A model generated the notes under the pieces. The model saw only the letters and a list, made by a program, of their open reading frames with translations. It had not been told where the DNA came from and did not search any database. The position numbers were made by a program, and so were the translations under genes. A stretch of 64,000 nt of DNA, taken from positions 1,177,085-1,241,084 of the forward strand of contig JAAOMT010000135.1 of the NCBI GenBank assembly GCA_016748015.1, read 5' to 3'. Source of the stretch: Geosiphon pyriformis uo1 (lineage: Eukaryota > Fungi > Glomeromycota). How positions within the stretch are numbered: the first letter of the stretch is position 1; each line of letters starts with the position of its first letter. This document shows positions 1-14,159 of this stretch, piece after piece.

Positions 1-7
1 ATTCTAG

Positions 8-455
8 TACTTTGATGGACATTTTGATACCAACCTCGGCTCAAAAACTGACAATCATAGTTACCAAAAAATCTCTCAAGAAGTTGGTTTCAAGCCATCT
101 GATATATTGTTCATTAGTGATAATATTCAAGGTGAGAATTAACTTTGCTACTATGAACCGGATATACTTTCTTTGCAACAAGTATTTCTGTGAATAACAT
201 CGATTCCTAAAAATTCTAACGACCTCTAGAGATTAATGCCGCCAAAATTGCCGGATTGCAAACCGCTATTGCTGAGAGACCAGGAAATGCACCTCTGACA
301 GCTGATGATCGTGAAAATAATCTTGTCTTATCAGATTTTTTACAATTGACAACAGGTTCAGGTAATCTCTACCGCTCTTAGTAATTTTTTATTAACATCT
401 ATAGATTTCATAAATTTATTATTTGATCATAGAAACTGTTCGCGATGCCCCCTAA
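8..455 (+). CDS. UTR4: Enolase-phosphatase E1 (methionine salvage, HAD family), 3' exons only; gene begins upstream of the window
   Basis: Exons 8-131, 230-361 and probably 433-455 join through GT-AG introns to give YFDGHFDTNLGSK..SYQKISQEVG..DILFISDNIQEINAAKIAGLQTAIAERPGNAPL, the characteristic ENOPH1/Utr4/MtnC C-terminus. The last exon is uncertain because unspliced read-through stops at ~382. Confidence 0.9.
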
Positions 456-2000
456 GTGGTCAAATTTCTTTGATAAATATATATTTAAGTTCTAACATAT
501 TTCTGAAATATTGAGAAATAAATTCCTATTAGGAAATCACTAAAGACAATCTCAGTTTTGCAATTTTGATTAAATTTTAATGTGATGTGAGACCATAATG
601 TTCGCTCATTCATTCATTGAAGTTTTGCGGGAGTACGTAATTTTGTAACCACTTAAAAGACTTATTAGCTATATCAAATATTCTGATATATTTATTGAAT
701 GATATTTTAACCTTTTGTAGTCATGGGTGGGAACCTACATTCCTAAAAAATTTATGCTATTCAATTAAAAATATTACGTTCAAGAAAGATATCACATTAA
801 CATTTTAAGTTTATAATAATCATTGAGTTAAATCCGTGATTATATTCTTCCCTGGCAAATAACCAAATAGAAGAAAGTATTCAAATTAAAGTTTCGATTA
901 TTTTCATTCATATTTACTACTTCCTCCTTTTGGTTTTGTTGTTTTTTCCTTAGCAGGTTCCTTTTTCAATAAAAAGCTTTTGATTTAATTCCGAACGAGG
1001 TAATGCTTTCAATTTAATTGAAACCTTTCACGAAATGGCTAAAAAAGAATTCTATTTACTGTGATTGATTTTCTTGGAACGCTTGCTTATTAGTTTGCTT
1101 AGAATGAATATATTCTTCTCCAAAGCTTGTTCCAATTTATTCACCCATTTTTCTTGAGCTCAAGTAATTATCAAAAATTTAAAGCCTCATTTGAGAGAAC
1201 TTTTTCAGTTTCGCTTTTTTCTAAATTATGAAATTTTCATTTATTTTTTCTTTGTTACTTTTGAAAGTGATAACTAATATTTCTTTATAATTTGCTAACA
1301 CAAAAAAATATGAACCAATCTATTTTTTGTTGGAATAAGGGTCGTCCTTCCAATTTCAAAGAAATTTTTTATTTTAATTGTTCAAGCTATTAAATTAAGT
1401 TTATTTTTATCCTCCAAAATTGAACAATTGGGTGAACCTTCAAGACAGAGTGAATTAGCATAACAAATTACTTTGCTGTCTAGATGAAATTTTTTTTTAA
1501 CATTATATAAAGTCCAAAATAATGTCTACATTTTTCAAATTTTGGAAATTTTAACAATAATATAAAGCAGAAATATTTATTAACCCCAAAACAACCAAGA
1601 ACATAATTAACTATATTATTCAAGTTTTTTAATAAATATAATTTTATTGTTAAGTAAAATAATACTAGCTAAAAGTTTCATATTGGATGATTATAAAACG
1701 TTATTTTAGTGAAAAAAATATATGAAACAACTTGTATTGTTTTATTTATAAAAATTTAAAATTATTGGATAATTAAAAATTTATTGAAAAAAAGTATATA
1801 TTGTAATAAGCTGTGTTTAAAAAGCAGAATTTAATGAAAACATTCATACGGAAATTATCCAATTCATCAAAAAATTTTGAGGTATACAAATAGGCTAATC
1901 AATATGAAAATATCATTTTTGAAAATTTATCTTTATCATCATGTTAAGAGTAATGGAATAACAGATTTATACTTATAAAAAAATCTGGAACCTATCATAT

Positions 2001-3224
2001 TCATTTTAACGAATCTCCTCGGAGTGTAGGAACCGGATGCATCTTTTCAGCTTTATTGAGAAGCTTCAAAACTTCTGCATCCTCCGTCTGAAGTTGAACC
2101 ATATATTACATAAAGTGTCTAAAGAACAAAATTCCATTGAAATAATTACTTGCCTGATTAAAATCCAGATACCACATTCCGATCCCTACGAGGTCAGGGG
2201 GTTTTAATGGGCAAACTACCTGGTCAACCTCACGTTTGATTTTCTCTAACGTGTCCAGAGCACCAACTGGCGCTGCGACAATCACTTTTGCCGGATTCCT
2301 TTTGATGGATGAAAATGAGTACCATAGTTTTGACTTGAAAATCAAAGGTCAAAGATATGACTCACATTTTTTTGATCGACTGAATCGCTACCATCATCGT
2401 TGCCCCAGTTGCAATACCATCTGATTTAATTTCAAACAGTTTAAACCACAAATTCCTTGCCAAGCAACAAGATTTTACATGCACACCAATTTATTATGTA
2501 TGTGCTCACCATCGACTAGGATTACAATTCTACCTCGGACATCAACAGGTGGCTTTCCTTTCCTGTATTTTTTATTGCGTCTTTCGAGTTCGACTTTCTA
2601 TACCGAATGGTATTCCCAAGAAATTTAAATTTATGTGATTTGAGTAAGTTATGTTTTATGTCATCTAAGCAACTCAGTGATACCTCTCGTGCCATGACTC
2701 TTTGAATGGACTCATTTGAAATATGAAGAGAATAAATAAGATCATGATTGAATACAGTTCCTGTCTCAGTAATTGCACCCATTGCTAATTCCTCTTGGCT
2801 GTCGAAATGGAAATTTAGAAATTAGCTTAATATTCGCCAACAAATTCCAGTCGGTCTTTTTTGAAACAAGAACATTATTTGCTTGAGAAATATGATAAAA
2901 AATAACCTACCCTTCAACACCAATCTTTCTTACTAAAAACACATCCAATGGCGCCCCTAATTTCTCAGCTATTGGATACGCGACCGGAACACCTCCTCTT
3001 GAAAATCCATCCAGAAAGATTGAGGGCAATGAAAAGACAGCAAAAATCTCCAATTTTCGAATTTTGAAACGGTATTATTAAACTTTCGATTTTAATTACC
3101 TCGGCAAAGCCAACACGATAGCATTATCGACATCATTCAAACGAGCATCTTGAGCTATTTGATTGGCAAGAATTTCTCCTGCCTGGACACGGTTCCTAAA
3201 GAATTGTGAACCTAGCGAAGTCAT
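2001..3224 (-). CDS. Bacterial/archaeal-type predicted phosphoribosyltransferase (type I PRTase, COG1926-like), 7 exons
   Basis: Spliced protein [123 protein letters not shown]. It contains the PRPP-binding loop [11 protein letters not shown] and the prokaryotic-family signatures FRNRxxAG, LPRGG and RKIG. The last intron (2088-2153) is GC-AG. Confidence 0.88.
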
Positions 3225-4129
3225 GACTTGGATAAATCGCTTTAGTGTTTGGGAATTTTTGGGAATTTTTGGAATTTTTGGAATTTAATAATCAAAATAA
3301 GAAAAGAATATTTTGATTTTTAAAGTTTGGTCTTTGATATTTAAGTGTGATATGCATTGTTGCGTCAAAGTTCTCAAAATTGTCGTGATATTGACGTAAA
3401 CATTGATATTTTTCACGTTCATAAATCAAAAGGAAAATTGAGCTAATTACTCGACTTTAATGCATAATTTCAGAAATTGTAAATTGTAAAAGTTTTTTCC
3501 AAAACAAATTGTTACCATTTTGCACTACACAGTGAGACCCTGCTGCTACATGTTTTATGATAAACGCAACTCATGCTTTTTCTACACGTAACCAGCCACC
3601 CACTCTCTGTTTCAACTTATTTAAAATTTTTTATGAAGCATTTTTCTTAGTTAATACAAACACAAAACAGTCTTTGGCTGCTATTTTTGGTTCAAGTAAG
3701 AGTTTTTTTTCATTTAAAATTTCCAACTAAGACCAATTCTAATGTAATTACTATTATTACCAAAAGTTTTAGAACTTTTAATAGCAAGCTAGTATTAAGT
3801 TATTATTTCTTTAAATAATTCTTTTTATTAATATTTAGATGGCCAAAAAAGTCAAAAAGCAATTTTTTTTTCTTTCTAATATTATTGCTATCAATTTTTT
3901 TAAGATATTTAAAAAATGGTTCTTTTGGTGTTTTTTTTATAAAAAATAGAACATTAATTAAATATTTATATTTTTATACAAAAATAATTCTTTATTTTAA
4001 AAACATATTTTAAATTATTTTAATTAAACATGTAATTTTTATTATTAAATTGTTTTTATTAATTATAGCTAAAGTATTTTTTTGTTAATATTGGCTAAGT
4101 TTTTTTTAAGTTTATAAATTTTTTTCCTT

Positions 4130-4890
4130 AAAGTTTATTTTTTTATTGTTATTTCAAACAGTAATCTAATTTTTTTAATATTTATTGCCAATATTAAAAA
4201 ATAAAAAAACTTTTATTACTTTAAGTTTTAATTAAAATATGTTGAATTTTAATATAAAAAATAATAAAATAGAATTATATTAGCAAATTTCTGTAATATA
4301 AAATATATAATTAAACTTTTTATGTTGTTATTTTTTTTAATAAATTCAAATAATTGGCTAAAAATTTCAAAATAAAGAAAAAAATAATAATTATAAACTT
4401 TTTATTATTATTAAAAGAAAAATTTTTATTATTATTTTCAAAATATGTAATTTATTAAAATATATTATGATAAAAAATTAAAGCAGATATAATCTATTTA
4501 CAGATTTATAAATTTATTATATCATAAAAAATTATTAAATATTTAGTGTTTTTAATTACAAATCTATTAGTTTTTATTATTTTTTCAAATAACAAATTTT
4601 TAATAATTTTAATTAAATTTAAAAATTTATATGATTATATAAAATAATTATTTTTTATAAACATGCTAAAAAAATTTGATTAAAAAATATTATTTAAAAG
4701 TTATAAACCAACAACAAATTTTTTTACTAAAAAAAAATAAAAATTTGAACATATAAAACAAAAAATTATATATTAATAAATTATATAAACATAATTTTAA
4801 TTTTTTTATTAATTTTTTTTTATTAATTAAGCATTAACTATTAAATTAAACATTTTATTATTGATAATATTTTATTATAATTTTTTATTT
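4130..4890. repeat. AT-rich repeat unit related to the ~700 bp tandem array at 11985-13395 (direct copy ~4430-4890, inverted piece ~4140-4260)
   Basis: Shared blocks such as attacaaat(c/t)tattagtttttatt..aataacaaattttt..aacaacaaattttt at 4555-4740, 12298-12500 and 13212-13390. Positions 4170-4245 are the reverse complement of 12190-12262. Confidence 0.65.
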
Positions 4891-7800
4891 ATTTATTTAT
4901 TTATTTATTTAATAAATGTAACTTAATTGCTATTTAATACATAAAACTAAACTAAGTGGCTTAAATTAAATATGACTTATATATTTTTTACATGTAATTA
5001 GCCATTTGGACTAAACAAAACAATACTACATATCTATATAAACTCTTATATTATTATTTAAACCAGAAAAAAAACAAATATGACTTGTGTCTACTAAAAC
5101 TAACAGCAAAAGACTCAATTAATTCTAAAAAATAAACCATATTATTTAACAAACTAGTTACTAAACTAGTAGTCAGACTAAACATTATGTCTATATTATT
5201 TATCAAGCTTATTTCTTCTATATTAACTCTAAATTTAGACCTAATGAGCCAAATTTTTAAACAATAAAATTTTACCAACTGTTTTATAAATAAAATCACA
5301 ATAGCCAATGCTTTTTTTTTATTGTCTTTGAAAATCACTATAGCTTCCAAATACCAATTTTTTAATATAAATTTTTAACAAATTATAGCATATAAATTTA
5401 TATTACCCAAACATTTAGAAAGAGTTCTGAGCATAATAGAAGAAAAAAGAGTACATATACTTACAAAAAAAACTCAAATGTTAATAAACTTAGTTAGAAT
5501 TTTATCATAAATAACAGTATTTTTAGAACAGATAAAAACATGATTTAAAAACTCCATCTTCACATACAACAGACACAATATTCTTTATTATATAGTCTTT
5601 TTTTAACAGCCACAAACAGATACTTATATACAGCTTTTATCAAATATGTATGCAAATTAGCAAACCACATATTCATAAATTCAGCAAGCATATACAAATC
5701 AGAATACCATACTTTCATAGTAGACTGCCAATTTATTTTTTGAATTAATTCTTCCAGGATTATATTACAGCCAAGATTATTTTTTTATTAAGCACAATAT
5801 ATAGATCTATATATATTTTAGACAAAATAGCAAACATTACCAGAAACAATTATGTTCTTGGCTATAATAAAATGTTTATAAACTCTATTTGGCAAAAACA
5901 AGAAAAAGTTTGCAGTCTTATTTGCCAATTGATCTGCTTTAATATTATTTAATCTATTTGATTTTAAGATTTTTATTCTTAATTAAATTAGCAATATGTC
6001 TTTTTTCTATTTAACATTAATTGCAAAAATCTGGTGTATTGAGTTTAGTTTTAAATATACATGTATTAATAATGGCTTAACTATTCAAATACAGAGCCAC
6101 AATATAAGAAGAAAGAATACATTCCAAAAACAAAGCAATAGTTTGCAATTCAGCTATTGTAGACAACAAAAAACCATGTACTTCAATGTTAATGTCTATA
6201 TTTACTGTTGGAAAATATGTTATAGTTTTACAGACTACTTCCATAATACCCAAGTTTTTCAAAAATTTATTAGTGTAAACTTCAATGACATTTGACCAAA
6301 TTTTATGTAAATATTTGCAAATGTCAAAAAACTTATCAGATTCTAAAATGCTTAGTCCAAATAATTTATCTATATAGTTGAAATTAATCATCAGAAAACT
6401 ATTATCATGCAGAAATTTTGAAATCAATTTAAACCAAAATAGTACTAGATCTTTAGAATCCAATTTTTTTAATAACAAAATGTTTTCTAATTTATTATAC
6501 CACCACATTTATTCAAGAATCTATTACTAAATATTATATCAAACTTTTTTAAAAAACAAACTAAGTTATAATACAAAGGTTTTTTTAAAATATTAAACAT
6601 CAAAAATCTTCCAAAATTGTAAAATACACTATGCAGCTTTTTATTCAGAGACAAACTATCAACTAAAAAATTCTTTATTATTTCTATTAAAAAATTGTTG
6701 ACAGAACTAACATACAACTTGATAGAATACTACAATAGATTTAAAAAAGTTCAACTTAGAACTTGCAAATCCAAAAGTCTATAATTAAACAAACACCCTA
6801 AAATGCCTGGAAAATTAGCAAAAAACACCACTAATACTATTTTGGTCTTGGTTTGTATCTGCTTAAAAGACTTCAAACTATACAAGAATAGAGGATACAG
6901 TATTTTACTAAGAAAGTTATACAGCAATTTGGCCTTAAATTTAAGATTATTTCTAATTATAACATTTTACTTATGATACATATTTGATAAGATAAAACTA
7001 AACTAAGATCTATAAAAAATTATGAGTTGTAAAACAACCAATATTAAATAAAAAAACTGCTTATTCATAATAACTTTTCTAAGCATTACATTGACAAAAA
7101 ACTAGACATCAGAGTAAATCTTAGCCAAATTTGGCTTAGACAACTCTTTAATTAACAAAAAAATTCTTAAATATCTGTATGCCATATTTTTTTTGGTAAT
7201 TAAAATTGACAAGCCACTAACTTTTAAAAAAACAACCTTGATATATTAATTAATAAAAATAGTCATTATTTTTTCATTGTTAATTGAAATATTATTGATT
7301 ATAAAAAATTTACTTACAATATTTAAAGCATATTAATAGAAGCCTAACTGTTTCCAATTCAAATCATGTTGTTAACAAAAGCACTAGCCACAAAAAAAAA
7401 ACATCTTATCATTATTTTTAATTTTGTCTGTCTTGACCACAAACCTAGTATCAATTTAATATCTGCACAAATGTTTATGCTTTTTAATTTTACACAGAAG
7501 TAGATCATAAAAAATTTTTCAAAAAAAAAGTAAAAAAACTTTATCTTAATCCAACTTATTATGTACTTTGTAGCCATCTAAAAATTCAAAATTAGTTATT
7601 ATTCTATTGATTCTATTTTTATATATGCTTCCAAAAAATTTTACAAACCACTTACATATCTTGATTTGTCATAAACTAGCTTTTAGATGATACCATCCAA
7701 TTGAGTTGTAGGCTTTGCAAATATTCTATAAGACCAACCAAAGTTTTTTGTTTTTTTTCAAAGTATTTTCAATTACAGATTCAACTGCAAACACTAAAGA

Positions 7801-10800
7801 CTAAGTAAAAAACCTCTTAATACTAAAAAATTATCTTTTTAGAGAACATTAAACTTGCTATACACAGCTGAAATTCAATTAGAAAGAATTTTGGAAAGAG
7901 TTTTTCTAGTTATTTCAATTAAAACAATAAAGTGGGTGTTCATTAAAATTTTATTTCAATTATATAATTTAAGAATCATTAAAATCCAGACTCTTTTCCA
8001 TAAAACAAAAACATTACTAAGAGACAAATATGTATTTAACAATTGTAAAAGAAGTCTTACTATACTGTTATCACTATGCTTTCAAAGTTTGTTGAAAATA
8101 CTAAACAAATTAGCAGCTTTATTATCAAACAGACCACCAATTACCAAAAACAATTCTTTCTTATTAATTTTTTTTATTATTTCAAAAAAAGTATTATTAT
8201 TTATATAGTCTAATAGTACATATTGGTAAGTCTAGAGATTAGGCATTACCAGAGACATAATTTGCTTTCTAGTCCAACTTTTTATAATTTTGTAAACACT
8301 AATCTTTATTTCATCTAGTTTTAAAACCAACTCACTATCTACCACCAAGTAATTTAAAACTATCTTGTAAAAAAACTGGTTTAGAATATTTCTGATCATA
8401 CTTTTTTTATTAAAGCAAAAGTTTTCTATGTGTTTTTTAATAGCTTTTTGGATAGATGTCTTTTTAGCTAACTTTGACTTATACAGTTTAGACTTTCTGT
8501 ACTTTTTGCAAACAATTGATAAATATTTAAAAATATTCACTAATTTTATGTTATTTTAAACTATTTTTATAATCTTAAAATTTTTTATACTATTCAAATT
8601 TAACTACTTTTTAACAAGATAATTGAATTCAAGTATGTTACCTGAGTTTAGCATCCTAACAATCTTAATAACTAACAGTTTCAATTCAAAAAACTTAAAA
8701 GAATGTTTATTTTTTGTATATTAAAACTCACTAAACCAAAATCTAAAAAATGTCTTATTAGTAGATTCAATTATTGTCATATTTAACAGCCTTTATATAC
8801 TATTCAAATCTTTATAAATTTTTGTTTCTAAAAACTTATTCATTATGACAACATATTTAGTAGAAAAACATTTCCTAAACTATATCCTTTATTTTGAACT
8901 TTTAATGGTTTCTATTAGCTTGCTTATGCAGATTATTTAAGCAAATATTCAGTAGACTACCCAATCCAATTACTACAGAAATTGTCTTGTGGTTTATATC
9001 AAAAAAATCAAAAACAAAATTGACTTTATGATCAGCAACTATAGAAAACAAACTTTTACTTATAAAAATATAGTTAATAACCTTTTTAACACTTTTTAAA
9101 TTGCTTTAAGTAGAAACTTTAATTAGCAAATGTTTATTAAATGAATTAACCAAACTTAAACTTAAACAAAACTTGAAATTAGTACTTTTTTTGGATCTGT
9201 TCTCATTGAAATTCCCACTTATAATTATGAAATTACTGGAATTAATCACATTAACAATAAAAAAGTTGATTATTAAAGCCTGATTAAACTTAGCTTTAGC
9301 AAATACATCAGTATATAAGCCCAAAATTGTGACTAAAAATTTGTTCTTAAAAAAAAGCCACACCAAAATAATTCAACCAGAAATTTTTTCTATTTTAAAA
9401 ACATATCAAGCCAAAAAATTGTTCATAATAATAGCCATTTTTGTACCAAGAAAACTCTTATCCAAACCAGAAATAAAAATTTTAATCTTATTAAACTTAT
9501 TTATAATCTATGGCCTAATACTAAATTTTAATTTCATTTCTGTAATGATTGAAACCATATTTTCTGATTTCATATACCAACAAACAATGTCTTTTTGCTT
9601 GGCTAGAACATTAATATTTTGAATATTGCATGTAGTAAATTTCTAAACCAAATTACTTATTAAAACAAAGAAAGTACCAAAAAATTTAATTTAGTACACA
9701 ATTAATCTAATCTTACCAAAACTGAATTAACAGAAACTTTAAGAGCCATCATTTTAGATTTCAATTTACCAACTTTGGTGGTCAAAACTTTTGATCTATT
9801 TAAACTCAAATTTGGAATTATATTACTAATAGCTAAAGAAAAAAAAAAGAATAATACAAGTGGATTATTCAAAACCATATCCAAATTCAATTTTAAATTT
9901 AAAGAAACAAACTTTACAGAAGATAGAAATTAAAAAACGAATACCAAGAGTACCAGATTTACAGTGTTTAACTTTTATACAATATTTGAAACTTAATCAA
10001 CCAAAAGCTTCAGAAAGCATTTTAAAAAAGCCAAGCAAGCATTAATAAATAAATTATTTTAGATAACTACAAGACTTTTTTTTACACATAATATATCAGA
10101 AAAAAGAGATTTAGAATCAGAACTAAAACAAATATTATCAGAGAAAGAAACAAGTAAAACCATTTGTGCCCAAAATTTGCTATTAGAGACAGCAAAATAG
10201 AAAATAAAAACATTTTTTTTAATATATAATCTAGCCAATTGAAAACAATTCTTTTTTAAAACAATTCTTTTATATATTTCTTAAAAAGCAAGACACAAAT
10301 ACTTGATGTATTATACTCTAAAGCTGAATGTTTGAAATATTCATATTTCTTACAACAAATCAGATTTATCTTAACTTAAAAAAGCTTGATACTATTTAAA
10401 ATAGGTTCTATGTAAAAAGCTAATTCTAAATTCTTCTCTGATTTAAAGTTAATTACTGTACAGTAAACTCTATTACCAGTATTAAATAAACAGTTTATAA
10501 TACAAGTTTTCTTATCAGCTCTTTTTAATAAAGTACCAAAATTATAAGCTGTTGTTCTTATCAGCAAAGTAAACAAAAACATCTTAAAATAATTTTTTAA
10601 CATCCAAATATTATAATCTCTCATAGTTTTTATCACATATACTAAGTTTTTCTTAATTAAAAATGACTATTTAGCTACTAACTAATTTGCTTAACTCAAT
10701 TTGGTAAATTTTATCACAGTTTTTTGCCATAGACCAATTAATTATAATTAGATCAACACAATTTGACTAAACTTAGATACTGTAGTGACAATTATTTTTT

Positions 10801-11650
10801 TGATTACCACAGTTCAATTTGACCTAATTTTTTGTTTTTTAATATTATTATTTATAATAATTCTCTTATCTTTGGTTAATAATGTGGTCTTTTTTATATT
10901 TTTTTTAAATGTAAATATTAATCAAATGATTTTTTCAAATTTTGAAAGAGTAGTAGTTCTTCTAAAACTGTTAATTAATGAAAACAATTTTCTAATATAC
11001 TGAGTCTTTGTTATTACTGATTTGTTTTTAATTGCTAAAATATTGACATCCAATGCAAAAAACTTTTTAACAAATATTTCAACTTATGTTTTAATAATTT
11101 TAAGATTAATTTATTTTCTGTCCAAAGAAACAAATAAATAAGAAGGAAAAAAAATCTTATTATTATTCATGTTGTAGTTAGAGAAACCAATTGAAAAACT
11201 GAAAACAGCACTAATATTAATTTACTTAGCTTTAAAAATATTTGTTCTAGAGTTAAACTGCTTTTTTTTTTTACTACTTACCCTATAATCATTATTATTA
11301 TTAAAGTTAACCACTCTAAAAGTATTTTCATTTGTATTTATTCCAGCAAACTAACTAACAATATGCTTTGAATTGCCAAAACTCAAATTTGCTTTGTTAC
11401 TTGAATGTTTAATCTTGTTAAAAGAAATTTTTTGTTTTTAAGTCAAGCTTTTACTAATTGAATCCAATACCAAAACTCTGGTAGGCTTTTTTTTAACTGC
11501 AAAACCACTTATAATAGCAGCTAATTTAATAACAAAAAGATTTGTTTCTTGAGAATTGTAAAAAGTAAATTTAAAACAGAAAAAACAAAAAACTTTTTTT
11601 AAAATTTATGCTCTTTGGAAAATTTTGGACATAAAAGAAAAAAAGTTTTT
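4891..11650 (-). mobile_element. Full-length, heavily C>T/G>A-decayed LINE (older copy, related to 14366-21169)
   Basis: Colinear with the younger copy from the 5' UTR (11580-11650) to the 3' UTR (4907-5036) and ends in a (TAAA)n tail. ORF fragments retain RNase H (EVYTNK..STIAELQTIAL), endonuclease (VTILGLY..SGNFNEN) and ORF1 (LFTLLIRTTAYNFG) remnants. Confidence 0.9.
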
Positions 11651-11707
11651 TTATAGTATTTTTATTTTAAAATTATCAAAACATTAATAATATTATTAAA
11701 TAAATTT

Positions 11708-11990
11708 GGAATGATACCAGTTGTGTTTTACAATTTGGTATTATGTTTATCAAATAGAATGGTTTGTTTGCTTGGTATTAATAAGTTTTGGTTTTTATAA
11801 ATTTTGTTTGTTTTTTTCTGGTCTAAATAATAGACCAATAGTTTATATAGAAGTTTAGTATTATCTTAATTGGTTTAAATAACTGGTTATATATAGTAAA
11901 GACATAAATTACATCTAACTGAAGTTTCTAATTTTAATTCTGTATATTAAATAGTAATTGAACTGCACTTATAAATAAAATAAATAAATT
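11708..11990 (+). mobile_element. 5'-truncated LINE fragment (end of ORF2 plus 3' UTR and TAAA tail)
   Basis: The reverse complement matches the LINE 3' end at 14381-14570. It ends in ataaataaaataaataaat, and taaataaattt on both sides is a possible TSD. Confidence 0.7.
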
Positions 11991-13395
11991 TTTATTATAT
12001 TAATAAAATTTAATTAATTAATAACATAAATAAAAAAATAATTTTATAAATTGTTGTTGTTACTAAATTTTTTATTATATTTTATATTAATATAAAATCT
12101 GTAAAAAATATTGTATTATTATTTATAATAATTTAAATTTTTAACAAAACAGGAAACAAACAAATAAATTATAATTTAATATATTATAATTTAATATGTT
12201 TTAGTTAAAACTTGAAGTAACAAAAGTTTTTTTTTAATATTGGCAATAAACATTAAAAAAATAGTTGTAAACTTTTTATTATTATTTAATATTTTTAATT
12301 ACAAATTTATTAGTTTTTATTGTTGTTGTTGTTTTTTATAATTTTATAATTATTTTAAATAACAAATTTTTTCAATAATTTTAACAATTTAAAAATTTAT
12401 ATTATTATGTAAATAATTATTTTTTATAAATATGCAAAAAAATTTAATTGAAAAAAATTATTTATAGGTTATAACTTAACAACAAATTTTTTATTGAAAA
12501 AAAATTTGGCAATTTAAAAATACAAAACATAAAATTATATGCTAATAAATAGAATAAATTTTATAAATAATAAATACAAATTTAATTTTTTTATTGAATA
12601 TTTTTTACTAATTAAATATTAGATATTAAATTAAAAGTTTTATCATTAATATTTTGTTGTAGTATTTTTATTTTAAAGTTATTAAAATATTAAATAAATT
12701 TTTATTATACTAATAAAATTTAGTTAATTAATAATATAAATAAAAAATAATTTTATAAACTATTATTGTTGTTGGTTTTTTATTATATTTATTTTTTATA
12801 TTAATACAATTTATAATAATTTAAATTTTTAATAAAACAGAAAACAAACAAACAAATTATTATTTTTTGTATTGAAATCTAATATGTTTTGGTTAAAACT
12901 TAAAGTTTTTTTACTTTTTAATATTAGTAATAAATATTAAAAAAATTAAAAGCTATAAATTTTTTTTTGTTATTTGAAAATAATTTTATTATTTTAATTT
13001 AAAATTATTTGTATTTGTAAACAAATTATTTATTAAACAGTCAAAATATCAAATAATAAATATTTTTTATTATATTTGTTTTTAAGATATGTAATTTATT
13101 AAAGCATAATATATCAAAAAAAAATCAAAAAAATTAAAACAAACATAATTTATTTACAAATTTATAAATTTATTGTATTATAAAAAGATTTGTTAAATAT
13201 TTAGTATTTTTAATTACAAGTTTATTAATTCTTACTAATATTATTTTTTTCAACTTTGTTTTTTTTTTAAATAACAAATTTTTTTAACAATTTTAATTAA
13301 ATTTAAAAATTTATATTATTATATAAAAATTTGGTTAAAAAAAATTGTTTATAAATTACAATTTAATAACATAATTTTTTACTAAAAAAAATATT
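11985..13395. repeat. Two tandem copies of a ~700 bp AT-rich unit
   Basis: 11985-12260 aligns by eye with 12692-12950 (e.g. aatttttaacaaaacaggaaacaaacaaataaattat vs aatttttaataaaacagaaaacaaacaaacaaattat). 12298-12500 aligns with 13212-13390. Confidence 0.7.
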
Positions 13396-14159
13396 TTTAA
13401 GTACTTAATACAATAAAAATATAATAATATTAATTAATTTAATTTAATTTTAAAACTACTAATTTGAATTAAACCAATATTTAAATACTTAATTTATAAA
13501 GCCAATTTAAATTCTAAAATAGGATTAATTAAGATTAATATTTTATCTTAATTAAAACAGTTTTAATATAATAAAAATTTTTTGTTATAAAAATTATTTT
13601 TAAGACAAACAAAATTATAAAAAAATCTGCATTATAAAAAAACTAAATTTGTAAATTATATAATAAAATTAAATTAAGTAATTAATTTAATTTTTATTTT
13701 ATAATAATAAATTTATTTTTTGTTTATTTTGTTTGATTTTTATTAATTATATTTACTATTATTATTTATTATTATTAAATTAATATTATTAAAAAATAAA
13801 TAATTGCAATTTTAATTATTATTATTTTAATAGTTATTATTTTTATATTAAATATGTGTTTTATTTTGTTAAAAATTGTTTAATAAAATTTTAAATATTA
13901 AAATTACAACATAATTTTAAACCAAATATATAAATATTAAATAATTTTTAAAATTAAATTTTTATTTTTTAAAAAAAATAATATAATCTGTTTTAAATAA
14001 AAGTTGAAAATATAATAAATAATAATTAGTTATTAAATATTATATTTTAAATAAAAACTTAAAATTTGTTATATATTTAAGTTAATTTAAAATTATGTAT
14101 TATTTAAATTATATTTTTTATAAAATAAATATTATACAATTATTTAACTTAAATAAATA

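Noticed and set aside
880-1215. Minus-strand coding-like fragments (AQEKWVNKLEQALEKN.., LKALPRSELNQK..)
   Set aside because: Broken frames, no start and no recognisable family; at most an unassignable pseudogene scrap.
3250-3287. GGAATTTTT tandem upstream of the PRTase, and a 16 bp tandem duplication at 34925-34957 upstream of CblC
   Set aside because: Short slippage-type repeats with no spacers or evidence of function; not CRISPR-like.
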